From: an uncultured Acidimicrobiales bacterium
GTDB lineage: Bacteria > Actinomycetota > Acidimicrobiia > Acidimicrobiales > UBA10347
Assembly (NCBI GenBank): GCA_943788915.1
Contig: CALSSD010000005.1
Location: 620,001 to 684,000 of the forward strand
Direction: 5' to 3'
Length of the DNA: 64,000 nucleotides
In this document: positions 38,914 to 50,143 of the stretch, one piece after another
How positions within the stretch are numbered: the first letter of the stretch is position 1
Layout: every line of letters begins with the position of its first letter
Notes under the pieces: model-generated
What the model was told of the DNA's origin: nothing
Databases searched by the model: none
Seen by the model: only the letters and a program-made list of their open reading frames with translations
Position numbers and translations under genes: made by a program

Positions 38914-41900
38914 GTTCGGCCACCCGTGACCCCGCCGCTTGTAGTGGCCGGGTTGCCTGTAGTGCCCAGGTTCCCTGTAGTGCCCGGGTTGCCTGGGGTG
39001 TCTGGTTCGGGATTCGGTTTGGGCACCAACGCAACCCGCACCGCCAACTCAGGAGCGTCGGCCTTTTCGTCGGCGTGTTCGGCTCGATCTCGAGGGCACA
39101 CACCGGCGAAGTCGCAATAGGCGCAGTTGTCATACGTGTTACGAAATGACTGCCAGTCACCCGGGATCGCTGCAAACACACCGGCTTCGATGCCGTCGGC
39201 GATGGTGGTCAACACATCGATCAACCGGTCGCGGTGGCTTGGCGTCCACGGATAACCAAACCGAGCAAAACCTGCGCTTGTGTTGACCATCCAGTATTCA
39301 GAACTGACCCCACTCGCTCCTAGCTGGGCCGAGGCCGCTTCGGCATAGAGCCCGAGCTGCAACAACGTGCCTTGACGGGTGGGATCGTCTTCGGCGGCTA
39401 GGCCCTTGTACTGTGTGCCGCTGCCGGTCTTGTAGTCAACGATTCGTTTGTTCCCATGAGGACCTTCGTCGACACGGTCGATCATGCCCCGGAACTCCAG
39501 TGATCGGCCGTCGTCGAGTGCGATCTCGAGCGGGTCCTTCGATGCCATGCCAAAGGCCAGCTCCAGATGCGCCGGTGTGGACGAGTGTTCCAACCGGTAC
39601 TGATCATCGCTCGTCAAGAAGTCATCGATCAGGGCCAGCAGGTCGCTCTTCTGGGTTTCCCACTCGATGCGACGGCCCGTTCGGCCACGCCGCTCATACT
39701 CGGCGAAGCTCTCGGTTGCGATCTCTTGGGCACGAGCCCGCTGCGCTGGCGACCACGGCTCATCGGGCGCAGGTGGACCGGCCTGGACCTGTTCACGCAT
39801 GAACCGTTCGAGCACATCGTGCATGGCTGACCCACGATCGAGCGCAGACAACTCGACGGTGTGTTCCGGATCGTCGCGTTCAGAAAGACCGAGCACATAA
39901 CTAAGAAAATAACGGAAGCCGCAGGTCGCCCACATCTCGAGGCGTGATGCCGACATGACGTCGCCCCCAGCGCCGGCCCCGAACCCGGCGATGTTGCCGT
40001 CGAATTCGGTGAACGCGGAACTCCGCCGGGCCCGCTGAGCACGGAGACCCCGCTCGACAAGTTCACTCGCTGGATGTTCTCCTGGGTCCCCACCGTGCTG
40101 GACATAGGCAAACACCTGGGCGATATCGCGTTCATCGACCGACGCAAAATGACTGGCCTGCACCAGTGCGTCGGCGTGGGAGGCAACCTCGTAGACGCTG
40201 GACGGACTTTCATCTTCAAAGTCGGTCGCGTAGAGCGGTTTGCCTTCGAGTGCAGATGCGGTTGGGAGTAACCACCGAGACGGGCGAGCCCGTCGGCTAC
40301 TGCGCAAGTCGCCTCGGGGGAAGAACAGCCACCGCTTTCCTGTTGGAGCCGCGGCCAGTGCTGCCAGAAACAGCCGGTGTTGTTCATCTATCTGGCCAAG
40401 TCGCAGCGGCAAGTCACCGCCAGCCAGCTTGCGCACACTGTCGGCAAGGAGCACATCTTCTCGGCGAGCTGCCGGGCATAAACCTTCGGTGCATCCCAGA
40501 ATGAAGACGGCATCGAGATCCTGCCCTGGGGCCGAGGCCAACGGGCCATAGACCACACCATTGCCGAACCGGCCGGATCGACCGCGGGCCACCGACAGCT
40601 CCGACGACAACGCCCGAAGGAACACCGCCATGGATGGTTCCGGCTCGATTTCGTCGAGCATGGCCAAACGTTCGAGCGCCGACTCGACCTGCTCGAATGC
40701 AGACAGTTCGGCTTCGGGCCACCAGCCTCGGAGCTGCGGCCCGCCCAACAGCCCGTGGAGCAACTGGGTGGCTGCTTCGGCTCGCGCTGGCCATCCAACG
40801 CTCGAGTCGACAGCTGCAACACCCTGGGCAAGTGTGTCGACAAATGCCGCCAGATCTTCGGTGTCGGCCCGCTGGTCGATCATGCGTTTCACACCGCTGT
40901 TGTTGCCCGCTGCGGCGGCTTCGTTCTCGGCGATCTGGATGCGGTGAAGCTCGCCCTGGAGTTTGGTTCGCCAATCCTTCAGCCCACCGACCACACCCGC
41001 GTATCGAGACAACATGTCCCACACCGCAGGTCGCGCCGGTTTGTCGTTGTGACGGAGCGGGCCGCTGTTGACGAGCGCGATGACACGATCTCGGCGCCAC
41101 CGGTCAGACGGAAGCGCCAGTGCTCCCATGAGCACCCGACCGGCGATGGTCTCGCCGAGGCGGCGTCGTGACGGCCCGTTTGCGGGGATGTTGGCTGCGG
41201 CGAACTGCTGCTCGAGGATGCGAACGTAGGGATCAGGTACCGGATGAAAAATGCCGATTCGGTCGAGCGGGGTTCCCTGCGCTACGAGCTGCATGACCTC
41301 TCGAAGCACCGCTCGGACTTCGTCGTCGGCGTCGGTGACCGAGATGATGTGATCGGCGAGCGGTGGTGTGAGTAACGCCGGGTTACTCGGAGGAAACTCG
41401 ATGCCGGCAATACGCATGGTTCGAGCGACCTCGTGGTCGGCCTTCGCGGTGCCCGACGTCGCGACAACGACGGTCGCAGGGGCGATGCTGAGCACCGACC
41501 GCAAGAAACTAGCCAACGGGGCCGAAATCGGGCCGGGCAGATGCCAGATCATGTGTCCGAACGGGCGGACGACGTGAGCCAGGTCGCTGCGGTGGCCTGC
41601 AGCCCGAGCAACATCGGCTTCGTCGTGGAAGCCCCGCAACGAACCCTTGATGGCATCGAACAATTCGATGATCGCGGTGGCCTGCCCGCCGTGGCCACGG
41701 ATTGCAGCCCGACCAGCAATGCTGACATTGCTCAACTCACCGACCGCGACCGCGAGCGCCCGTTCGGTCGCCTGATGATCACGCACATTGCGAAAATGTC
41801 GGGGATCGTCAGCCAGCGCCCGACGGACCGCCGCACCCAACACCGGCTTGGTTAACGGCCGGCGCCCGGGAAGTTCGCCGACCGCCAGCAGTTCAGCGAG

Positions 41901-42113
41901 CCGGAAGGGCGTGACAAAATTGACGTTGGCCACGCCAGGAACCCCAAGGTCACCACTGCCGAGCATTCGACGAGCCGCAAGCCCAGCGAAGTTTGAGGGA
42001 ACAATGACGGTGACCGGTGCCAGTGCTACCCCAGCCTTCGCGTCGAGAATCGCTCGAGCCAACGCCGCGCTGGCAGCGCGCCCATATTCGCTGACCACGA
42101 TGTTCGTTCCCAC
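38910..42113 (-). CDS. addB: AddB-like inactive helicase with PD-(D/E)xK nuclease and Fe-S staple
   Basis: SASRLE..ATCGFRYF, RGMIDRVD..IVDYKTG, CAYCDF..VC; leaderless GTG at 42113. Confidence 0.85.
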   Translation of the reverse strand: MGTNIVVSEYGRAASAALARAILDAKAGVALAPVTVIVPSNFAGLAARRMLGSGDLGVPGVANVNFVTPFRLAELLAVGELPGRRPLTKPVLGAAVRRALADDPRHFRNVRDHQATERALAVAVGELSNVSIAGRAAIRGHGGQATAIIELFDAIKGSLRGFHDEADVARAAGHRSDLAHVVRPFGHMIWHLPGPISAPLASFLRSVLSIAPATVVVATSGTAKADHEVARTMRIAGIEFPPSNPALLTPPLADHIISVTDADDEVRAVLREVMQLVAQGTPLDRIGIFHPVPDPYVRILEQQFAAANIPANGPSRRRLGETIAGRVLMGALALPSDRWRRDRVIALVNSGPLRHNDKPARPAVWDMLSRYAGVVGGLKDWRTKLQGELHRIQIAENEAAAAGNNSGVKRMIDQRADTEDLAAFVDTLAQGVAAVDSSVGWPARAEAATQLLHGLLGGPQLRGWWPEAELSAFEQVESALERLAMLDEIEPEPSMAVFLRALSSELSVARGRSGRFGNGVVYGPLASAPGQDLDAVFILGCTEGLCPAARREDVLLADSVRKLAGGDLPLRLGQIDEQHRLFLAALAAAPTGKRWLFFPRGDLRSSRRARPSRWLLPTASALEGKPLYATDFEDESPSSVYEVASHADALVQASHFASVDERDIAQVFAYVQHGGDPGEHPASELVERGLRAQRARRSSAFTEFDGNIAGFGAGAGGDVMSASRLEMWATCGFRYFLSYVLGLSERDDPEHTVELSALDRGSAMHDVLERFMREQVQAGPPAPDEPWSPAQRARAQEIATESFAEYERRGRTGRRIEWETQKSDLLALIDDFLTSDDQYRLEHSSTPAHLELAFGMASKDPLEIALDDGRSLEFRGMIDRVDEGPHGNKRIVDYKTGSGTQYKGLAAEDDPTRQGTLLQLGLYAEAASAQLGASGVSSEYWMVNTSAGFARFGYPWTPSHRDRLIDVLTTIADGIEAGVFAAIPGDWQSFRNTYDNCAYCDFAGVCPRDRAEHADEKADAPELAVRVALVPKPNPEPDTPGNPGTTGNLGTTGNPATTSGGVTGGRT
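38941..38994. repeat. 3 x 18-bp in-frame tandem repeat in the addB 3' tail (GNPGTT-like)
   Basis: GTAGTGGCCGGGTTGCCT / GTAGTGCCCAGGTTCCCT / GTAGTGCCCGGGTTGCCT. Confidence 0.85.
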
Positions 42114-42119
42114 AGCCAC

Positions 42120-42141
42120 AACGTAAACCACCGGTGTGACA
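42120..42141 (-). promoter_or_regulatory. PafBC-like promoter of addBA
   Basis: Minus strand TGTCAC-N10-TACGTT-N6-GTG. Confidence 0.7.
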
Positions 42142-42246
42142 GCGCCGTCCACCGTCACCCACTTCTTGCGCGTCTTCTCGACCCACATGTGGTGGGGTGC
42201 CCGCGAGAGTCGCGGGTACCCCTTTCACCTCATGGTCACCTCAGGG

Positions 42247-42978
42247 TTAGTCCCGGCCGAGCAGACCACCAACGACACCACCGGCGCCGCCGCCGCTGGA
42301 ATTGCCGGTGCCCAGTGCTGCACCAATGAAGCTGAGGAACTCGTTGGGGTTACGGGTCTGAACAAGTACCCGGCCGGGACCGGTGAAGTCGAAGACCAAG
42401 CCTTCGCCACTTTTGAAGGTCTGCACCAGACCGCCGGTCACCTTGCGCAGATCCATGTGCACCGACTCTTGGTAGGCGACCATATGGCCGGTATCGAGCG
42501 TGATCGTCTGACCGGGGGCCAGATCCCATGCCTCGATTGCACCATAGGCAGCGACCACCATTGGGCCGTTGCCCTCAGCCCGCAGGATGAAGCCACCCTC
42601 GGAACCGAACATGTTCTTGAAGCCACCCCACTTGGTGTCCATCTCCACACCATCAGCCGACGCTAGCCACGAGCCCTTCTGCACGAACCAGGGCTGGCCC
42701 GGCACCAGGTCGATGACTTGGGTGTCGCCAGGGAGCCGAGCCGCAACGTCGACCCAGCCGCCTTCGGCCGGAGCAATATACGACGTGATGAAGAACGACT
42801 CGCCACCGAGCGCTGCTCGTTTGAGCGACTTAAGCACGCCACCCTCGGCCTTGGCCTCGACGGTCACCGACGGGACCGTCGCCATCATGGCACCGGATTC
42901 GGCCTTGATCCGTTCGTGAGGGCCCATCGTGATTCGGGCTACACCGAACGCTGGTCCTTGTCGATTCTGTACTTCCAT
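42247..42978 (-). CDS. AIM24 / TIGR00266 family protein
   Basis: AESGAM, GGESFF, GSEGGF, DTGHMVA and SGEGLV..FTGPG motifs. Confidence 0.92.
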   Translation of the reverse strand: MEVQNRQGPAFGVARITMGPHERIKAESGAMMATVPSVTVEAKAEGGVLKSLKRAALGGESFFITSYIAPAEGGWVDVAARLPGDTQVIDLVPGQPWFVQKGSWLASADGVEMDTKWGGFKNMFGSEGGFILRAEGNGPMVVAAYGAIEAWDLAPGQTITLDTGHMVAYQESVHMDLRKVTGGLVQTFKSGEGLVFDFTGPGRVLVQTRNPNEFLSFIGAALGTGNSSGGGAGGVVGGLLGRD

Positions 42979-43138
42979 GATCCTTGCTTTCTTCCGCCGT
43001 AGTGCGTGCTTGGACAGTAGTTCGCATCGTTGCGTGGCTCCATGCGACCCGGGTCACCCTCGCCCCATCCGCGACCACTGGCTCTAGGGGCGCGATTGTT
43101 GAGGGTTATGCGAGTGGAAACTCAACAGGCAACGAGAC

Positions 43139-43160
43139 TGTCACACCCCCTCGTCATGAT
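43139..43160 (+). promoter_or_regulatory. PafBC-like promoter of sbcDC
   Basis: TGTCAC-N10-CATGAT-N6-ATG (leaderless). Confidence 0.7.
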
Positions 43161-43166
43161 GGACCC

Positions 43167-44297
43167 ATGAGGATTTTGCACACCAGTGATTGGCATCTTG
43201 GCCGGTCCTTCGGCGATCACCGTCTACTCGAACAGCAGGCACTCTTCATCGACTGGCTCGTCGACCTGGTTCGCCATGAAGAGATTGATCTGGTGGCGAT
43301 TGCTGGCGATCTCTACGACCGATCTGTTCCACCGGCTGATGCGGTGGAGCTCTTTCACTCATCGCTATCTCGTCTGCTCGCTGCTGGCGCCGACGTCGCT
43401 GCCATCGCTGGCAATCACGACAGTGCCGAACGCCTAGGCAGCATCGACGGGCTACTCGCGTCTGGGCTCCTGCTGCGCGGGGGCTACAAGCGCGCCGCCG
43501 ATGTCGACATTCGCACCTATGCCGATGGTCCGCTGGCCATCGTTGCCGTGCCCTACCTCGATCCGGTCTTCGCACCCATCGATACGTCCCACGATGCCAG
43601 TGAACGTCCGAGCCACGAGACCGTCCTGCGTCGCACGCTCACAACAGCTCGCGACCGCATCACTCCAGGCGTGCGCAGCTTGGCGATCGCCCATGCCTTT
43701 GTCACCGGCGCCGAACCGAGCGAATCTGAGCGCACGCTGGCCGTTGGCGACGCTGGCATGGTGTCTTCGACTGTCTTCAACGGCTTCGACTACACCGCAC
43801 TCGGCCACCTTCATCGGGCCCAGATCGTCGGCGGCGACGAACGGGTGCGCTACAGCGGGGCGCCACTGGCCTACTCGTTTGGTGAGAAGTCCCAGAAAGA
43901 AGTCGTCCTCATCGAACTCGATGCCGATGGTGATGCCCGATCCAAAGCAATCCCTATCGACGTCGGCCGCTCCGTCGCCACCGTCCGGGGCACACTCGAT
44001 GAGCTACTGGCAGCCGATGGCAACAACCACGACTGGGTCCGGGTCGAACTCACCAACACCCATCCCGTGGCCGATGCCCATCGCCGACTCCGCGACCATT
44101 TTCCGCACCTGGTCGAGATTGCTCGCATCGGTGCCCGTCCGAACAACCGTGAACGGTTGACCGTGCAAGCGGTACGCGAACGTTCGGTCCAGGAACTCGC
44201 AGGCGAGTTCCTGACCAATGTCAGCAGCCACGACGACGCCAGCGACCTCGCACTGCTTCAAAACGCGCTGAGTCGAGCTGAGAACCACCAGTCATGA
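43167..44297 (+). CDS. sbcD: Exonuclease SbcCD subunit D
   Basis: LHTSDWHLG, AGDLYD, GNHDS and ALGHLH motifs. Confidence 0.95.
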   Translation: MRILHTSDWHLGRSFGDHRLLEQQALFIDWLVDLVRHEEIDLVAIAGDLYDRSVPPADAVELFHSSLSRLLAAGADVAAIAGNHDSAERLGSIDGLLASGLLLRGGYKRAADVDIRTYADGPLAIVAVPYLDPVFAPIDTSHDASERPSHETVLRRTLTTARDRITPGVRSLAIAHAFVTGAEPSESERTLAVGDAGMVSSTVFNGFDYTALGHLHRAQIVGGDERVRYSGAPLAYSFGEKSQKEVVLIELDADGDARSKAIPIDVGRSVATVRGTLDELLAADGNNHDWVRVELTNTHPVADAHRRLRDHFPHLVEIARIGARPNNRERLTVQAVRERSVQELAGEFLTNVSSHDDASDLALLQNALSRAENHQS

Positions 44298-47200
44298 GGC
44301 CACTGCGGCTCACCATGACCGCATTCGGCCCCTATGCCGGCACCGAAGTTGTCGACTTCGATGCCCTCACTGCATTGGGCCTGTTCGTCGTAGCTGGAAA
44401 AAACGGTTCCGGCAAGACCACCATCTTCGATGCCTTGCACTACGCGCTGTACGGCATACTTCCCGGTCGTCGAGCTTCCTACATCCGACTCAAGTCCGAC
44501 CATGCCGACGACTCGACCGAATGCCAGGTCACACTCGACTTTGCAGCGCACAACACCCAGTGGCGGGTCGAACGATCTCCGAAACAGAAACGGAGCAAAC
44601 GTCGCGGCACCGGCACCACCGAAGCACCCGCTGCGGCCACCCTGTTCCGGCTTAACAACGGCACCCCCACTGCAGTCACAAACCGTGTCGAAGAGGTGCG
44701 GGCCAAGTGTGCCGAACTCGTTGGACTGAGCGGCAAACAGTTCGAGCGGGTTGCGTTGCTTCCGCAGGGTCAGTTCAGTCGGGTCTTGACCGAGTCCAGC
44801 ACCGAACGACGCGAACTACTCCGCGCATTGTTCTCCTCTGAGATCTTCGACAATGCCACCAGCCTGCTGACCGACGCTGCGGCCCAAGCAACCGCTGCCG
44901 ACCGAGCCGTTCTCGAACGACTCGATCACCGCCAGGGAGTTCTCACCGACGAACTCAGCATGCTGACCGGTCACGTTGTTGCTGACTCCACCGGCTCCTC
45001 ACACGACGCACTCCTTGAGCACCAACGTGCCGAACTTGCCAGCCAGACGGCTGCCGTCGCCGACCTCAACGCCACCGCACAACATGCAGCCCAAGCCCAT
45101 CAAGCCGCCACAGACATCGCGCAACGAATCAAACGACGTGACCTTGTGCGCCAGGAGCTCGAACGCCATACGCAGGCGGACCCACAGCACCAGGCTGATC
45201 TCACCCGACTGCACAATGCACGGGCCGCTGTTCCAGTCGCCACCCACGCGCAGTCTCTCACCCGTCACCAAGAACAGCGTCGGGTTGCCGACCAACGAAT
45301 TTTCGATCTTCACCAACAGCTTCATCACGCCCTCGCTGCGGCTGGCCTCGACCAGCTCACCTCACCAGCTCACCAGCTCACCAAACCCCACGCGCGTGAT
45401 GACGCAGCACTGTGACGCGCCTGATGCGCGGCGCTTGACGCCATCGCTGACCGCATCGACACCTTCGATGCCCGACTGACCGACCGCCGAGACTCGGCAC
45501 TACGCGTCCAGGATCTCACCGCAGCCATCGCTCAGACGCAGGGTGATCTTCGTCGACTCGACAACGAGACACGCAATCTCCACGAACACCATCAGACCGC
45601 GACCGCGCGGCTTCGTCAGGCCACAGCCGAACTGACCGACTTGGAACAAGCTGCCGATGTCAACGAATGCGAAACCGCGCTTCGCACAGCCGAAGCCCGG
45701 TTGACACAACGCACCGAACTGGCCGAAATTGAGATCGTTCACAGCCAACTCGTGCGTCAGGCCACGGAACTCGACACGACCATCGACCGGCTTGAGCAAG
45801 CACGCGACGCCGCAGTCCACGCGCAATCTGCACACACATCCGCGCAGGAAAAAGCCGACTTGGCATTCGCTGCGTACAAAGAATGCGAGCGCCGCAACGA
45901 CGCTGTTATCCACTATCAAGCAGCAACGCTCACGCTCACGTCGGCTCGCTCTGCTTTGGCCCAGGCCCGGGCCGAATCCGACCAGCTGTGGGACGCATTT
46001 ATTGCTGGCACCGCAGCCCGCATCGCGCACGCATTGGTCGACGATGAGCCATGCCCAGTTTGTGGTTCGTGCGAACACCCGCAGCCAGCTGCCATCGCAG
46101 AAGACGGCCAGATCGTCACCGATTCTCAAGTAGCAGCTGCCCGGGAGCGCAGCGATGCAATGCAAACCAAGGTGCAGACCATCGAGTCTGACATCGAAAC
46201 ACTTCGGGCTGCCGACGCCGACATAACGTCGCTCAGTACGACCGAGCTCGCAGCCCAAATCACCACCACAAAGGCCATGGCGCTGGGCGCCCGCACTATC
46301 GCCGACGAGACTCGACAGGCTGCCGGGTTGTATGAACAGGTGGAAGCCGAACTGCGTCAGGTCCGCACCGACCGCACCGCACTCGACGACGAATTGCGGA
46401 CAACCGATCAACGCCGCAGCCGACTCGAAGGCGCACTGGGAGCTGCGGCGAACGAACCAGTCGCGATACTGCGGGCCCAAGCCCTCGATGCAGCTTCGGC
46501 CCGGACCCAGGCTGATCAACTCGTAGAACGCCGGGCCGAACTCACCCAGACAGTCCACACCACCGAGCAAGAAATCGACACGATTGGACTGAATCAGATA
46601 GCGGTCCAAAGTCGCCGCGCCTCGAGCGCTGATCAACTCATCGATCGCCAACAGGCACTCGATGTGGCGTCGGAGCGGTACACCAACGCCGACCGAGCGC
46701 TGGCTGAGTGTTCGCGAACCCCGGTGCGCGCCGACCAGGACCTCGAGGTTCGAGCCAGGGCCGCCCGCCATGCTCGGGGTTTGATCACCGACATGCTGAC
46801 CGCACTCGCTCGGCAACACGACGCCGCCGATGCGGTCCGCCGAGCACAGTCGATTCTCGACGAGCGACTCTCCCAATCGTTGTTCACCACCGTTGACCAA
46901 GCAGTTGCTGCTTTCGTCGAACCACACCTACTCGCCCAACTCGAAGCACAGACGGCGGCCCACATAACAACCACCGACCGGCTGCACGGACAGCTACATG
47001 AACTCACCGGCCTTCCAGACTCACCCCCCGACCTTGCGGCGCTCCAGTTGATCGCTGACCAGTCCAGCCACACCTTCGCCGCAGCCAACACCGCACTGAT
47101 CACCGCGACTACAAATCTTGATCGAATCACATCTGAACTTCGGGCAATCGAATCAGAACGGGCACGGTGCCAGACAACCGACCTCGACACCCGCCGGCTC

Positions 47201-47743
47201 GAGCGGGTCGCTGCATTGGCCAAAGGTGATAACGAACGCAACACCTCGTTCGAAAACTGGGTGCTCGCCGCTCACCTTCGCGATGTTGTCGAGCTCGCCA
47301 ATATCCGGCTAGCACGGTCAACCCATCAACGATTCCAACTCTGTGTCCTGGACGACGGCGAGAACAAACGGGGTACGTGGGGCCTGGACCTTGGGGTCGA
47401 AGACACGGTGACCGGCACCCAACGACCAACCGCCGGGCTCTCAGGCGGTGAGCTGTTTCAGGCTTCACTTGCGTTGGCCCTCGGGCTCGCCGATGCAGTC
47501 ATGAATCAGAGCGCAGGGGTTCGAGTCGATGCACTGTTCATCGACGAAGGTTTCGGGTCTCTCGATGAAACATCGGTCGAGCGAGCGATCGATCTCCTCG
47601 ACGAACTTCGTGATCGTGGCGCAATGGTCGGTGTGATCACTCATGTGCCAGCACTGCTCGAGGCGCTGCCACTTGGTGTGAGCGTCATCGAGTCGCCCAA
47701 TGGCCAAGGATCAACCATCCGCCAGACGACTCGCGCCGCCTAA
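44294..47743 (+). CDS. sbcC: SMC-like ATPase SbcC (garbled segment ~45360-45425 with two in-frame stops; the same frame resumes)
   Basis: GKNGSGKT, LPQGQF, CPVCGS zinc hook, LSGGE, FIDEGFGSLD and ITH motifs. Confidence 0.9.
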
Positions 47744-47836
47744 CGGCCAACCCGCCAACGCCAACCGCCTACGGTCGGGCAGGCACGAGATGTCCAGCCA
47801 CGCAGGTCATCACCGCCACGATGTGATTACCGATGA

Positions 47837-49252
47837 TCAGGTGTACCGAGAAAAGGCGCTCGGGCGCTTCGGGGTTTTGGTGGCAGGTTCGGCGCTGGGT
47901 TCGTCCGACGCTGTGGCCAACGTGTCACCCCTATCCGTATCGGTAAAGACGTGCTCGGCCGCGGGTTCAAGCGTCTCCAACACGACCACCACAGGTTCAC
48001 CCTTTGGTGCATAAACACCGTCTCGAGCATTGTGCAAAACACGCTGAGGATCAGCAGGTTCAGGCTGGGGATGGACCGTCATGGCCACGGTCCCACCCGA
48101 CCCCGGGGGACGATCCTGGGCAATGACAGGTTCTGACTGACTGCCCAGACGTGTGAGCGCCTGATCCGTAATAGGAGGCACCGTGCCATCTGCCGCAACA
48201 ACCCAGTGTTCTGTGGCCGCCTCAAAATCACCGGTCGACGCCATGAGATCGCCCCAAGCCAATGCACCAACAGGCGACCAATAGTCATCGTCGGCTTCGA
48301 CAACTCGCTGAAACATCGACATGGCTGGGTCAACCATGTCGTGGCCTGCATACACCTGACCGAGCGAGAAGAGTGCCCGCAGCTGGACGTGTTCATCATG
48401 GTCAGCCAACAGGGCCTCAAGCTCATCGATCGCCTCGTTGACCTGACCACACCCAATTTTTGCATCGGCGAGCCGGAACCGATCGTTCGGTTCGCAGTAT
48501 GCACCTTCGACACGATCGAGTACCTCAGCTGCCAGGCCAGGTCTATCCCGTTGCAGAAACGTCTCAGCTACATCGAGAAGCACCCGACCCGCTGCATTGG
48601 ACTCGAGGGTCTCGGTCGAGATCAGATCAACCACGGCATAGTCGTGACCGTGGGAGAGCAACAGCTGAATACGCCGCTGCAGCGCTGCCTGTTGGATGTC
48701 GGCACTCCCACTGGCCATCGCAGCTCGCCATGCCCGCTCAGCCCGGTCGGGCCGGGCCATACGTTCAGCGATATCGCCGAGCGCATACAACGACTCAGAC
48801 AACTCGGCACCCTCGGGTTCGGTTGCCATGACCCGCTGCGCCAAACGCGCCATGGACTCCATAGCTAGGTCGCCATCACCCATCGCAACCAGACAACGAG
48901 CCGATGCCATAGCAGCAGGAGTCACATACGCCGCCACGTCGCGGTCGGCGACCCGAGCCAGCAGGTCAAGGGCTCGGGAGTAGAGATGCAAGTGCTCGTA
49001 TAACAAACCCAGGTTCAACAACGACCGAGCAGCCGCTGCATCGTGATCACTCGTAATGGCATGACGCCACGCAGCAATAGCACCGTCGATGTCGGCCTCA
49101 AGAAATTTGCAGGAACCCAGGTCCACGAACAGCGATGACGCTGCGGCTGCACCAGCAGGCTGCTCACCAATCAGACGGGCGCAGCGACCTGCATCGTCGG
49201 GCGCAAAGCCATGCGCCTTGAGCTGATCGCGCAAAAAGTCGGGCAGCGCCAT
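47837..49252 (-). CDS. Tetratricopeptide-repeat-like protein
   Basis: Repeated Ala/Leu helical pairs (LLNLGLLY, LYALGDIA, LFSLGQVY) and a low-complexity tail. Confidence 0.7.
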   Translation of the reverse strand: MALPDFLRDQLKAHGFAPDDAGRCARLIGEQPAGAAAASSLFVDLGSCKFLEADIDGAIAAWRHAITSDHDAAAARSLLNLGLLYEHLHLYSRALDLLARVADRDVAAYVTPAAMASARCLVAMGDGDLAMESMARLAQRVMATEPEGAELSESLYALGDIAERMARPDRAERAWRAAMASGSADIQQAALQRRIQLLLSHGHDYAVVDLISTETLESNAAGRVLLDVAETFLQRDRPGLAAEVLDRVEGAYCEPNDRFRLADAKIGCGQVNEAIDELEALLADHDEHVQLRALFSLGQVYAGHDMVDPAMSMFQRVVEADDDYWSPVGALAWGDLMASTGDFEAATEHWVVAADGTVPPITDQALTRLGSQSEPVIAQDRPPGSGGTVAMTVHPQPEPADPQRVLHNARDGVYAPKGEPVVVVLETLEPAAEHVFTDTDRGDTLATASDEPSAEPATKTPKRPSAFSRYT

Positions 49253-49370
49253 CGGCCCCCAACGAGATCCCCCCAGATGGAACATCGCACCAATCTACCT
49301 CCGACACATTCGCGGCGCCGTTTCTCGATGTGTAGAGAGTGACGGCGCCGACACGACGCTGGTAGACGCC

Positions 49371-50012
49371 TTATTGTGTGCCATAGATTCGGTCCCCAGC
49401 GTCACCCAAACCAGGCACGATGTAGCCAACATCATTTAGGCCCTGATCGACTGCTGCGGTGATAATCATGACGTCGGGATCGGCGGCATGAACACGGGCG
49501 ATTCCTTCGGGTGCGGCGACCAAACACACAAGACGAAGATCACCTGCGCCTGCGTCGCGCAACTTCTTAATCGCGGCGATCGCCGTGCCCGCAGTAGCCA
49601 ACATCGGGTCAACAGCAATGGTGACACGATCAGCCAAAGCTTCGGGAATGTTCGTGTAGTACTCGATCGCTTCGAGAGTTTCATGGTCTCGGTACATACC
49701 GATGAACCCAACCGATGCCGACGGAACGATGTCAAGAAAGCCGTCGAGCAGACCATTCCCTGCCCGGAGAATCGATATGAGTGCCGGATCTGTCTCCAAC
49801 TGTTGGCCTTCGGCCGGGCCAAGTGGTGTTTCAACGGTGACCGTCGTGGTCGGCAGATTATTCAACGCTTCATAGGCAAGCAATGTCGCGGTCTCGCGGA
49901 GAAGCTGGCGAAAGAGCGGTGCCGGTGTGCCTACATCTCGCATCAACGTCAACTTGTGCTGCACCAACGAATGGTCAACAGCGATAAGACGTGACGGGTC
50001 GATTTCAGTCAT
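49371..50012 (-). CDS. upp: Uracil phosphoribosyltransferase
   Basis: HKLTLMRD, ILRAG, DPMLATAG and YIVPGLGDAGDR motifs. Confidence 0.96.
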   Translation of the reverse strand: MTEIDPSRLIAVDHSLVQHKLTLMRDVGTPAPLFRQLLRETATLLAYEALNNLPTTTVTVETPLGPAEGQQLETDPALISILRAGNGLLDGFLDIVPSASVGFIGMYRDHETLEAIEYYTNIPEALADRVTIAVDPMLATAGTAIAAIKKLRDAGAGDLRLVCLVAAPEGIARVHAADPDVMIITAAVDQGLNDVGYIVPGLGDAGDRIYGTQ

Positions 50013-50143
50013 GCCCCGACTCTATGCCCCGGCGCCACCTGCAGCGTCACCCGTTGGGCCGCGGCGTTACTACGAGCGGCCTACACCACCATGTTGCACG
50101 CCAGACGCACGACCGGGCTTCGCCGCCATACAGTTCTTGTCAC

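Noticed and set aside
45500..46927. Long antisense ORFs (e.g. 475 aa here, 59375-60559, 29924-30892, 10576-11568)
   Set aside because: Shadow frames of well-supported genes in high-GC DNA, with no motifs
35389..47743. Novel anti-phage helicase/nuclease/SMC island (Gabija-, Lamassu- or Wadjet-like)
   Set aside because: Motifs fit ordinary AddAB and SbcCD repair enzymes, with damage-type promoters
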